Below are positions 29,029 through 36,873 of a DNA stretch of 64,000 nt, one piece after another. Source of the DNA: a virus; IMG/VR virus record IMGVR_UViG_3300044998_000260, positions 21,309 through 85,308 of that record; one strand, given 5' to 3'. The notes beneath the pieces were generated by a model that was not told the origin of the DNA, did not search any database, and saw only the letters and a program-made list of their open reading frames with translations. Position 1 is the first letter of the stretch. The number at the start of each line of letters is the position of its first letter. The translations under genes were made by a program, and so were the position numbers.

Positions 29029-29109
29029 TGCGCTTGGAGGGACTTGAACCCCCACTCCTTTCGAAACTTGATCCTAAGTCAAGCGTGTCTGCCATTCCAC
29101 CACAAGCGC
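29029..29109 (-). tRNA. tRNA-Leu(TAG)
   Basis: cloverleaf with variable arm. Confidence 0.92.
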
Positions 29110-29157
29110 GTTGTTTTCACTTCCATAAGTATAGAACATCTATTAAACGATGTCAAG

Positions 29158-29231
29158 TGCTCTTGAGAGGATTCGAACCTCCACTTGCAAGTTTCTCGAA
29201 CTTGTGCCTCTGCCTGTTGGGCTACAAGAGC
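29158..29231 (-). tRNA. tRNA-Leu(GAG), short variable region, C33
   Basis: loop TC GAG AA. Confidence 0.8.
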
Positions 29232-29274
29232 ATAGGTGCCGGTTTTGAGAGAACCGGCAAACTCATCCACCAGA

Positions 29275-29547
29275 TTAAGCGAGCGACCACTCGGTAATCG
29301 TGCGTCCCTTGGCCTCAGGCCGAGTCGAGTTCGTATAACCGACGCTACGGAATTCGCCGCCCTGAAACGCCGAATTGATAACGGCGATACGGCTGCGAAT
29401 CTTACCTTCGAGCATACCCTGGCGATTCATATAGTTCTGCGCGTCATCGGCAGTAACCGTCCGACTCGAACGCTTACGAGCCAAACTACGAAGGTATGAA
29501 CGAAGACTAGTGACAACACTCTCATTCCGCGAAGCAAGATTTGACAT
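29275..29547 (-). CDS. hypothetical protein
   Basis: RBS AGGAG; sigma70-like promoter upstream. Confidence 0.65.
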   Translation of the reverse strand: MSNLASRNESVVTSLRSYLRSLARKRSSRTVTADDAQNYMNRQGMLEGKIRSRIAVINSAFQGGEFRSVGYTNSTRPEAKGRTITEWSLA

Positions 29548-29644
29548 ACAACCATTTCTCCTTTTTTTGTGACGGGTCCATCCCGTCAACATAATGTAAT
29601 CTATGATAGGGGCGCGGATTTGTCAAGCCCCAATTTTTAATTAC

Positions 29645-30007
29645 CTAAATTGATGACAATGTGTGTTTTACAGGACAACCATTTTCGTCTACACAAACAA
29701 ATTTCATTTCTTCAATTTTGACAATTTCTTTTTGTGTAGTTAAATCTCTAACCACCACTTCCAGTGTCACAGAAGTTTTTCCTACCTGCTTAAGACTTAC
29801 ACCGATTTCTACTATGTCCCCTTGAAATGCCGGTGCAATAAAATTAATAGCAGAAATACTTTTTGTAACCACTCGACGATGCTTTGTTTCAATTGCTACA
29901 AATATTGCTGCTTCTTCGTCTACCCATTCCAGTAATCGTCCACCAAACAATGTATTATTTGCATTAAGATCATTCGGTTGAACTAATTTACGAGTTAAGA
30001 ATTTCAT
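29645..30007 (-). CDS. acyl-CoA thioesterase (HotDog fold)
   Basis: DLNANNTLFGGRLLEWVDEEAA..VGKTS. Confidence 0.9.
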   Translation of the reverse strand: MKFLTRKLVQPNDLNANNTLFGGRLLEWVDEEAAIFVAIETKHRRVVTKSISAINFIAPAFQGDIVEIGVSLKQVGKTSVTLEVVVRDLTTQKEIVKIEEMKFVCVDENGCPVKHTLSSI

Positions 30008-30013
30008 ATAACT

Positions 30014-30056
30014 GCAATGTTTAAACTATTGCCTCTGCCCGTTGAGCTACAAGGGC
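30014..30056 (-). pseudogene. tRNA 5'-half fragment
   Basis: GCCCTTGTAGCTCAACGGGCAGAGGC with no T-arm. Confidence 0.5.
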
Positions 30057-30640
30057 AGTGAAACTATCCAAGAAGTATTATGTAGATATACTTTATCACC
30101 AAATACCTCATCGACTGCTCTTTTAACTCCTGGCCAATCGTAATCATGACCCGCGATGACGCTTTCAGGTTTCATTTTTGGCATCCATAAATTAATATCT
30201 TCAAGAGCGCCCTCGTAAGAATGATCTGCATCAATAAACAGAAAATCGATTGACCGATCTTCAAATTCATTGTGTGCCACTCTTGTGGACATGCGAATTA
30301 GATTAACATAGGAATCCAATGAAAAATGCTTCAACACCGCTAACACTGAGTGATAACATGCATCTTCACTCATTGGAATATTCAGATAATTCATCCAATG
30401 AATATCTCCCGCACTCCACTCGCCGGCCGTAGCGCCGCGCAAATCCCAAAAATCAACACTATAAAACTTGATATTTTTTTTACTATTTTTGATACATTGA
30501 GCCATTTGAGCCGTGCTCCGACCCCACAAAGAACCAAGTTCTACAAATACAGATCCATCATCCGCCTCGTCCACATAATGAGCGTATATATCATCAAAAT
30601 TGCAAAATCCTGGAATTTGATAGATACTTGTTAAATTCAT
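30047..30640 (-). CDS. class I SAM methyltransferase (Methyltransf_24-like)
   Basis: FVELGSLWGRS, IDFLFIDADHSYEG, AGHDY. Confidence 0.9.
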   Translation of the reverse strand: MNLTSIYQIPGFCNFDDIYAHYVDEADDGSVFVELGSLWGRSTAQMAQCIKNSKKNIKFYSVDFWDLRGATAGEWSAGDIHWMNYLNIPMSEDACYHSVLAVLKHFSLDSYVNLIRMSTRVAHNEFEDRSIDFLFIDADHSYEGALEDINLWMPKMKPESVIAGHDYDWPGVKRAVDEVFGDKVYLHNTSWIVSLPL

Positions 30641-30697
30641 AATATTCACTGTAATGGTTAATAGTTGACCCACATTAATATTTCAATCACTTATCAG

Positions 30698-30772
30698 TAG
30701 GAGTGACGGGATTCGAACCCGCATTGCACTCGTTGAAAGCGAGGGTTCCTAGGCCAATTAGAAGACACTCCC
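30698..30772 (-). tRNA. tRNA-Glu(TTC)
   Basis: cloverleaf. Confidence 0.88.
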
Positions 30773-30777
30773 ATAAT

Positions 30778-30857
30778 GTGGTGCTCTACCTTTAAGCTAC
30801 ACAGCATAGCTCAAGTCGCGTCGCTGTGACGGGATTCGAACCCGCACCTACCACCAC
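30778..30857 (-). ncRNA. circularly permuted tRNA-like RNA
   Basis: T-arm and 3' acceptor precede 5' acceptor and D-arm; ends pair GTGGT/ACCAC. Confidence 0.75.
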
Positions 30858-30873
30858 TTTGACCTTTCGGCCA

Positions 30874-30946
30874 TACCGCTAGCGGGAATCGAACCCGCCT
30901 TTCCACTGTGAGAGAGTGGCGTCCTCAACCGATAGACGATAGCGGC
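30874..30946 (-). tRNA. tRNA-Glu(CTC)
   Basis: cloverleaf. Confidence 0.92.
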
Positions 30947-30950
30947 AAAG

Positions 30951-31028
30951 TGATGTAGATGCCAATGCTTTCCTTTGTCTTTAAGCCTTTCGGCGTTCGG
31001 ATACCACCTAGCTTGTGCATCTACATCA
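30951..31028 (-). ncRNA. unclassified stem-loop RNA
   Basis: 12-bp perfect closing stem TGATGTAGATGC/GCATCTACATCA; GCC-GAAA-GGC inside. Confidence 0.45.
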
Positions 31029-31029
31029 G

Positions 31030-31105
31030 TCGGGATAGCCAGATTCGAACTGGCGCACTCCTGTATCCGAAACAGGCGAGGTTGACCTGGCTCCTCCACA
31101 TCCCG
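31030..31105 (-). tRNA. tRNA-Pro(CGG)
   Basis: cloverleaf. Confidence 0.9.
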
Positions 31106-31112
31106 ATAAAAG

Positions 31113-31185
31113 CGCCCTTGGCAGGAATCGAACCCACATCTGCGGAGGTAGAAGCTCCGTGCCTTCTCCATTAGACCACAAGGGC
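31113..31185 (-). tRNA. tRNA-Arg(TCT)
   Basis: cloverleaf. Confidence 0.92.
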
Positions 31186-31310
31186 AATTCATTCATTGTC
31201 ATCAATATCATCGGACTCAAATTCAAATCCATCAATATTACGATACTTGTGTGCCGTTGGATGAGAATCGTATCCTCGGTTGTGACCTGTTCTCCAGTGC
31301 ATCGCCTTGT

Positions 31311-31883
31311 TCAACTTAGTCCCAACTTAGTCCACACATTGTTACGAAGCATCGACTCTCGGAGTTCACCAAACCGAGATTCAATCTCTTGATTGGGAAT
31401 CCAATGTTGAGTCACCATATTTGGTTCTTTACGAAATACCAAATAAAAGTCATTCATAAATACACAGCCAGTCACAATATACTTCTGTTTATAGCCACGA
31501 ATGTGTGTGACATCCACCCATTCACGTTTTGTGAAAAACGACTTGTGCTTTTCACTCAATTCATCGTATTGTTGTTGCGTCAAATACTTTGGCTTCTGTG
31601 GTATTGGTTCCCATTTATTCGTTTTCCAGTTACGACGAAGGAACTTTTCATTATTACAGAATTCAATCGTATTAATCTTATCTAGCACTTGTTGCATTTC
31701 TCGAGCATCTTTACGATTCTTTGCATCATCACTAAGAACATAATACCGAACCCATCCGCGCTGATACGGTTCTACATCGATCCATTCACCGCTCTTACGG
31801 CGTGCGTCAGACAAAGTCGTGTATTCGTTCCAGATACGGCGAATCCGCTTGTGTTCTTCGGTCTTATAATTACGCCGCATCAA
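31311..31883 (-). CDS. hypothetical protein, C-terminus frameshifted by 11-bp duplication
   Basis: CAACTTAGTCC x2 at 31312-31333. Confidence 0.7.
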   Translation of the reverse strand: MMRRNYKTEEHKRIRRIWNEYTTLSDARRKSGEWIDVEPYQRGWVRYYVLSDDAKNRKDAREMQQVLDKINTIEFCNNEKFLRRNWKTNKWEPIPQKPKYLTQQQYDELSEKHKSFFTKREWVDVTHIRGYKQKYIVTGCVFMNDFYLVFRKEPNMVTQHWIPNQEIESRFGELRESMLRNNVWTKLGLS

Positions 31884-32379
31884 TACCCTTATATTTCCGT
31901 AAATATCGGTTTCTTTTTGTATCTTTCTTTTGTCTAGTTACAAATGTTTCTGTTTGACTATGACAGTTGGGACATAAAAGTCTAAGGTTTTTCGGCAAAT
32001 TGTTATCACTATTGCCGTCTATGTGATCTAGTTGTAGAGTAAGTGGTTTGTTTAGATGTTTACCTAAATTTCCACAACCAACACATACATAACCAACAGT
32101 TCTAGTGATGTAGTTCTTTAGTGTTGAAGCTTGTGACACTTCGCCATTTTCTACTCTAATTCGTGTTATAGTCTCAAACTTGTAAGTCTTGTCACACTCA
32201 ATAGAACAACATCTGAATCGGCTTTCTTTGCCACAAACTCTACAATTATAGAGTGTTGATTTTCTTTGTCTTTTAGGAAATTTGTTGTTGTTGACGATTG
32301 CCGCACATTTCCGTGAACAAAATTTATTTTGTGGTTTACTAGAAATATCCGTATTGCAGTTTATACATAAATTTATCAT
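31870..32379 (-). CDS. HNH endonuclease with Zn ribbons
   Basis: LQLDHIDGNSDNNLPKNLRLLCPNCHSQT. Confidence 0.92.
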   Translation of the reverse strand: MINLCINCNTDISSKPQNKFCSRKCAAIVNNNKFPKRQRKSTLYNCRVCGKESRFRCCSIECDKTYKFETITRIRVENGEVSQASTLKNYITRTVGYVCVGCGNLGKHLNKPLTLQLDHIDGNSDNNLPKNLRLLCPNCHSQTETFVTRQKKDTKRNRYLRKYKGIDAA

Positions 32380-32439
32380 ATAGGATTCGAATTGTGGTTA
32401 CCTATATAAGTAATATTTACTGTTAGTTTCAATTCAAAA

Positions 32440-32516
32440 TACTCCGTGTAGGATTCGAACCTACGATCATATCCTGTATGTAAGACAGGTGCCCTGGGCC
32501 ACTAGGCGAACGGAGT
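32440..32516 (-). tRNA. tRNA-Val(TAC)
   Basis: cloverleaf. Confidence 0.88.
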
Positions 32517-32522
32517 GTAAAG

Positions 32523-32593
32523 TTACCCCACTACGATTCGAACGTAGATTCGTTGGTTCAAAGCCAACTGTCTTGCCATTAGACGATGGGGCA
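32523..32593 (-). tRNA. tRNA-Gln(TTG)
   Basis: cloverleaf. Confidence 0.9.
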
Positions 32594-32684
32594 ATGTATT
32601 GCCTTATCGTTGGATAAGGCAATAAATACGGACTCTAGCTACACTCCGGAGTGACTAGTTTAATCGGGTCCGTGCCGAAATCAA

Positions 32685-32758
32685 TGTGCCATACTGGAAT
32701 CGAACCAGTGACCACCGATTTATAAGACCGGTGCTCTAACCAACTGAGCTAATGGCAC
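32685..32758 (-). tRNA. tRNA-Ile(TAT)
   Basis: cloverleaf, CT TAT AA. Confidence 0.88.
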
Positions 32759-32764
32759 ATAAAA

Positions 32765-32838
32765 TGCACGTGGTAGGATTCGAACCTACGCACTTCGAAT
32801 TATGAGTTCGCTGCTCTAACCAACTGAGCTAAGGGACC
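32765..32838 (-). pseudogene. chimeric tRNA(CAT), acceptor strands do not pair
   Basis: 5' GGTCCCT vs 3' CACGTGC. Confidence 0.7.
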
Positions 32839-32858
32839 GTTAGAGATGTCGTTTATAA

Positions 32859-32958
32859 TACGCCTACTGGGACTTGAACCCAGAATAATCCGCATATCAG
32901 GCGGCTCCTTTCGGGCGGAGGTATAAGCTCCGTGCTTTAACCATTAAGCTATAGGCGC
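32859..32958 (-). tRNA. tRNA-Ile(TAT) with ~30-nt variable region
   Basis: cloverleaf + extra CCGC-CTGATAT-GCGG hairpin. Confidence 0.75.
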
Positions 32959-32974
32959 GTATATTCACCACAAG

Positions 32975-33051
32975 TCCGCCCAATAGGAATCGAACCTACG
33001 TGGTACCGTCTATTCTTTCAACCGCATATCAGGCGGAGGGAATATGGGCGG
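32975..33051 (-). ncRNA. rearranged tRNA-like RNA with GAT loop, copy 1
   Basis: 7-bp acceptor and T-arm; no canonical D/anticodon arms. Confidence 0.7.
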
Positions 33052-33067
33052 ATATTTTTACTACAAG

Positions 33068-33143
33068 TGCGCCCGACTGGAATTGAACCAGTGTGTACCG
33101 TCTACCTTTTCAACCGCTTATCAGGCGGAGAGGATACGGGCGC
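33068..33143 (-). ncRNA. rearranged tRNA-like RNA with GAT loop, copy 2
   Basis: same fold with compensatory changes. Confidence 0.7.
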
Positions 33144-33148
33144 GTATT

Positions 33149-33586
33149 TTACAAATATTCAAGTTTCCACCAATTAAAACTATGTGCTGTTTTTATTTGA
33201 TGACAATTTGCACATCTAATTATACACTTAGATATTTCTTGTTTTAAACGAGCCATTCCTATAGGACGTTTTGAAGAAATTTTTTCGCTTATATTAAAAT
33301 GTTTATTCGTTTGATGATCGAATTGTAGAGTTAGAATATTACGTTCACCACAATCTATACAAGGATTTTGTTTCAAATACTCTATAACATAATCACGTAT
33401 TTGTCTTATGCGTTTTTCTGAGTGTACGGATGCGGTTGTTATACGTTTTTGTCTATGTTTGATGTAATATTGTTCTTGATATGTTTTTTCACACAACTTA
33501 CATCTATGTGTAAGTCCGTTTCTTTTCTTGTAAAATTCAGAAACATGTTTTTCTTTATTACATATAGAACACTGTTTTGTATTCAT
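33149..33586 (-). CDS. HNH endonuclease
   Basis: CIDCG..LQFDH..CIIRCANCH. Confidence 0.9.
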   Translation of the reverse strand: MNTKQCSICNKEKHVSEFYKKRNGLTHRCKLCEKTYQEQYYIKHRQKRITTASVHSEKRIRQIRDYVIEYLKQNPCIDCGERNILTLQFDHQTNKHFNISEKISSKRPIGMARLKQEISKCIIRCANCHQIKTAHSFNWWKLEYL

Positions 33587-33758
33587 ATTATTCTCCAATG
33601 TGTGATACATATAATATGGAGTTGAACGTCAAAACGTATGTATCAGATCAACATATTTCCTTCTAAGAGCCCCCAATCGGTTCTGGTCCGTCCTCTCCGA
33701 GCCATTTATCTACTTCTTAATTTTCGTCCAAACCCTTTATTTTGCGAATACAGAAAAG

Positions 33759-33839
33759 AGCTGCCTGTGAGAATCGAACTCACAATATCTTACGATGCTA
33801 CCATACCAAGGTAGTGCCTTTCCATTAGGCTAAGGCAGC
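33759..33839 (-). tRNA. tRNA-Thr(GGT) with long variable arm
   Basis: variable ATC-GTAA-GAT hairpin. Confidence 0.8.
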
Positions 33840-33843
33840 ATTA

Positions 33844-33958
33844 TGGGAAACCAACATACATCCGAAGATAAGTTGTGTGGTGCTGTGTCAGCAGTCTTCG
33901 ATATTCATCTACCCTGACAGATAGTGAATCCTTATCTTTTCTTACCACTAAATTCCCA
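33844..33958 (-). ncRNA. unclassified RNA with possible kissing loops
   Basis: AAGATAAG/CTTATCTT stem; loops TGTCAG and CTGACA complementary. Confidence 0.45.
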
Positions 33959-33960
33959 AG

Positions 33961-34032
33961 AGCTCGATTAGAGAGTTGAACTCTATTCTCTGACTTACGA
34001 GGCCAGTGCATCACCCTTTATGCTTATCGAGC
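33961..34032 (-). tRNA. tRNA-Thr(CGT)
   Basis: cloverleaf. Confidence 0.85.
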
Positions 34033-34120
34033 AATTTCCACCAACCAAATTGCTTGGCTGTTTTACGTTTATGACAATTTGCACATCTAACTTCACATTT
34101 ACTAATTTCATTTAGATTAC
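34011..34120 (-). pseudogene. HNH endonuclease C-terminal relic
   Basis: EISKCEVRCANCHKRKTAKQFGWWK, paralogous to end of 33149-33586. Confidence 0.75.
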
Positions 34121-34123
34121 GAG

Positions 34124-34199
34124 ACTCTCCGACAGGATTTGAACCTGCGATTTGTACGGTTTTGCAGACCGTTGCCTTTGACCACTCAGCCACGGAGAG
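34124..34199 (-). tRNA. tRNA-Cys(GCA)
   Basis: cloverleaf. Confidence 0.88.
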
Positions 34200-34242
34200 A
34201 AGAAAACGTCACTTATCGGTGAGTATTACACACCTTAGACAA

Positions 34243-34326
34243 AGCTGGTGGTGGGATTCGAACCCACGGTGGGATTGCTCCGCTTGCTTACAAGGCAAGT
34301 CCTATCAACCGCTAAGGGACACCAGC
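34243..34326 (-). tRNA. tRNA-Thr(TGT) with long variable arm
   Basis: variable GGA-GCAA-TCC hairpin. Confidence 0.82.
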
Positions 34327-34359
34327 AAATTACAATTTACTTGTTTAAGCCGTCTACGA

Positions 34360-34409
34360 TTGTTAGATGGTTTACAAAACCTGTGCATCACCATTAATGC
34401 TTAAAGAGC
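34360..34409 (-). pseudogene. tRNA-Thr(TGT) 5' fragment
   Basis: acceptor 5', D-arm and anticodon only. Confidence 0.5.
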
Positions 34410-34490
34410 ATAAATCAACAAAAGTGGATTAGAACATCGTTGGTCTTACATGCTAACACTTCTATGTTTACAATCACACATTTTTTTGTG

Positions 34491-34557
34491 GTTTCCGTTC
34501 GGGTTGGGTTACTTTCTAAATCTACACAATAACAACTTTTTTGTCAAGCCCTCTGAT
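34491..34557 (-). promoter_or_regulatory. sigma70-type promoter + AACCCAACCCG leader, duplicated at 57969-58036
   Basis: TTGACA-17-TAGATT; ~65-bp near-identical copy. Confidence 0.75.
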
Positions 34558-34648
34558 CGCGATCAGAAAACGCCCCATGTTCCTATTGAAAAATTAAGTG
34601 GAGGATGAGAGAATTGCAATTCAATTTTGATGTTTTCCACTAATTATA

Positions 34649-34721
34649 TGGAGACTACGGGTAACGCTCCCGTTCCTACGCATTGCAAGTGCGTCGTGCC
34701 ACCTTTTAACACCTAGTCCCC
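34649..34721 (-). tRNA. tRNA-Ala(TGC), atypical T-loop
   Basis: G3-U70; T-loop AGCGTTA. Confidence 0.8.
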
Positions 34722-34722
34722 A

Positions 34723-35247
34723 ATGTCTTTCATTACTAAAATCTGCCAAGTGTGTGCCAAAGAATTTCAAGCAAAACTGTCGGAACATAAACGTGGCAAC
34801 TCAAAAACTTGTTCAAAGAAATGCGGTGCAGTTCTTAGTTCAAGGGTTCGTACAAAAATCAAAATTCCGAACGCCACCTGTGCATTTTGCAAAATCGAAT
34901 TTTACATGCGTCCATCATCCAAGAAAAATTCAAAGAGTGGTATTTTCTTTTGCTGCCGAACACATAAAGATATGGCACAACGGCTCGGTGGTATTCCAGA
35001 AATTCAACCAGCACACTACGGTACTGGTAATGGAATTAGTACATACAGAGACTTAGCATTTTCACATTACGATGCGCGGTGCAACCAATGTGGATATCAA
35101 AAGTTCAAAGAAGTGTTAGATGTTCATCACATTGATAATGATAGATCAAACAACAACATAGAAAATTTAGAAATACTCTGTCCTACATGCCACCGAGAAC
35201 GACACTATATACTAAAAACAGGATGGTATGCGCGATCAAAAAAGTAA
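34723..35247 (+). CDS. HNH endonuclease, antisense to tRNA array
   Basis: LDVHHIDNDRSNNNIENLEILCPTCH. Confidence 0.92.
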   Translation: MSFITKICQVCAKEFQAKLSEHKRGNSKTCSKKCGAVLSSRVRTKIKIPNATCAFCKIEFYMRPSSKKNSKSGIFFCCRTHKDMAQRLGGIPEIQPAHYGTGNGISTYRDLAFSHYDARCNQCGYQKFKEVLDVHHIDNDRSNNNIENLEILCPTCHRERHYILKTGWYARSKK

Positions 35248-35330
35248 TCATCATGTACCATACACTCGAAAGTGTAGATTGGACTCGAACCAATTTTAAC
35301 CAGAGAACAACAATTCATCGTACCACAAAC

Positions 35331-35402
35331 TACCACAGTAGGAGTCGAACCCTATCTTCCTCTTTGCAAGAGAGGCGCTTTCCCAAATTAAGCTACCGGC
35401 CC
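35331..35402 (-). pseudogene. chimeric tRNA-Ala(TGC), mispaired acceptor
   Basis: 5' GGGCCGG vs 3' CTGTGGT. Confidence 0.65.
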
Positions 35403-35407
35403 ATAAG

Positions 35408-35482
35408 AGTACCGTGTGGGGATCGAACCCACCTATAACTGTTTAACAGACAGCCGCAATCAACCAGACATGCCAACGGTAC
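35408..35482 (-). tRNA. tRNA-Asn(GTT)
   Basis: cloverleaf. Confidence 0.85.
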
Positions 35483-35588
35483 ATAATACATTTACATTTG
35501 TCGTGTGTAACTGGTGGACTCGCCTTCGCTACATTCGGACACGACACCGAATACAGTGTTTAACTCGCTCTGGCTGAGCCCACACAAG

Positions 35589-35660
35589 ATGGAGTGAAAG
35601 GAATTGAACCTTTATCATCGCTTTCAGAGAGCGAGGTAATTGCCGTTATACGACACTCAA
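35589..35660 (-). tRNA. tRNA-Gln(CTG)
   Basis: cloverleaf, one acceptor mismatch. Confidence 0.8.
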
Positions 35661-35665
35661 ATAAA

Positions 35666-36238
35666 TCAAATTAGTTCATACTTTTTTGCCCACTTACGAA
35701 CTGCGTTATCAGACACATTATATTTTCTACCTATCGCAGCCCATGAATATTTTTCTAAATCATGTTGTAATTCAATTTTTGTTGGTCTTTTCACAACACG
35801 ACGATTTAAAGATTTACAATCATCACAACATCTACGACTTTTACTAAATGTATTTAATGTAGTGTTACAATATTTACAAGTTCGAATCTTTGGTTGTCTT
35901 ACTTCACGATAATTTATATACGATTCATCAAACTTAATATAGTTATTTGGCAACTTTGTAACACCTGCTTCAACTTCTCTATGACAATTTGAACATAAAA
36001 GAACACACCTACGCAGTTCTTCTACAACAACATTCCATTTTTTTGGATTTGCTATTACTTGTGATATACTAAAGTTTTTTGTTGACGGATCTATGTGATG
36101 AAAATCCATTGCTTCTATGCATGAACAGTATCCACATATAACACATTTACCGCCCATAGAATCTACCATTAATTTTTTTGTAGATTTACGCCACTTGTTT
36201 ACTTTTTTACTATTACTACTCATAGAATTACTCCTCAT
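35666..36238 (-). CDS. HNH endonuclease with C-terminal HTH-like segment
   Basis: CVICGY..MDFHHIDP..CVLLCSNCH; SWAAIGRKYNVSDNAVRKW. Confidence 0.92.
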   Translation of the reverse strand: MRSNSMSSNSKKVNKWRKSTKKLMVDSMGGKCVICGYCSCIEAMDFHHIDPSTKNFSISQVIANPKKWNVVVEELRRCVLLCSNCHREVEAGVTKLPNNYIKFDESYINYREVRQPKIRTCKYCNTTLNTFSKSRRCCDDCKSLNRRVVKRPTKIELQHDLEKYSWAAIGRKYNVSDNAVRKWAKKYELI

Positions 36239-36287
36239 TTATCTATAAGTAGTTCGAACTATCGAAAAAGTAACATATACTGTTATA

Positions 36288-36359
36288 CAGGAGCGGAAAG
36301 ATTCGAACTTTCATTGACGGAGTAACAATCCGTGGGCTTGCCTTTTAGCCGACACTCCT
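36288..36359 (-). tRNA. tRNA-Asn(GTT)
   Basis: cloverleaf. Confidence 0.82.
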
Positions 36360-36407
36360 AAAAATGAAGGTTCCTCGCCGGCCTGCGCCGTCACCTACAA
36401 CCGACAG

Positions 36408-36481
36408 GGTGAATGACGGGATTTGAACCCGCGTCTGCAGCCTTCACAGGGCTGTGTAATATCCGCTATACTACATTCACC
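36408..36481 (-). tRNA. tRNA-His(GTG)
   Basis: G-1 and C73. Confidence 0.92.
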
Positions 36482-36627
36482 ATAATTGGCAGTTTTGTCG
36501 CCGAAGCGCCAGTGTCGAACTCTGCCAAACGACATTTTTGTTGTGTAAGGTGCCTTTCGGCTTTAAATGATCCGTTATCCTCTCTCCCACTCTGACGGAT
36601 CAAGCAGGTCAATTGACACAACATATA

Positions 36628-36700
36628 TGCACCGCCTGGGACTCGAACCCAAATCTTACCGGTTAAGAGCCGGATGTAATAGCCATTATACTAACGATGC
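36628..36700 (-). tRNA. tRNA-Lys(CTT)
   Basis: cloverleaf. Confidence 0.9.
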
Positions 36701-36704
36701 GTTA

Positions 36705-36779
36705 TGCCCCTGGTAGGATTCGAACCCACACCTGATAGATTAAAAGTCTACTGTGCTCGCCGTTAAACACCACAGAGGC
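36705..36779 (-). tRNA. tRNA-Lys(TTT)
   Basis: cloverleaf. Confidence 0.9.
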
Positions 36780-36791
36780 GTTGTACTACAG

Positions 36792-36867
36792 TCTGGACGA
36801 CTGGATTCGAACCAGCGTGCTCCTCCTCCCAAGGGAGGCGAGGTAAACCAGGCTCCTCAACGTCCAG
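36792..36867 (-). tRNA. tRNA-Pro(TGG)
   Basis: cloverleaf. Confidence 0.88.
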
Positions 36868-36873
36868 ATAAAG

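Noticed and set aside
30698-30772. Opal (TCA) suppressor tRNA
   Set aside because: Correct stem register gives CT-TTC-AA (Glu)
28305-31028. Further hammerheads at 28305-28415 and 30951-31028
   Set aside because: CUGAUUGAG and CUGAUGU are not followed by a correctly placed stem II-GAAA-stem III-NUH
36365-36405. HDV-like TTCCTCG motif
   Set aside because: On the non-transcribed strand and no P1/P2
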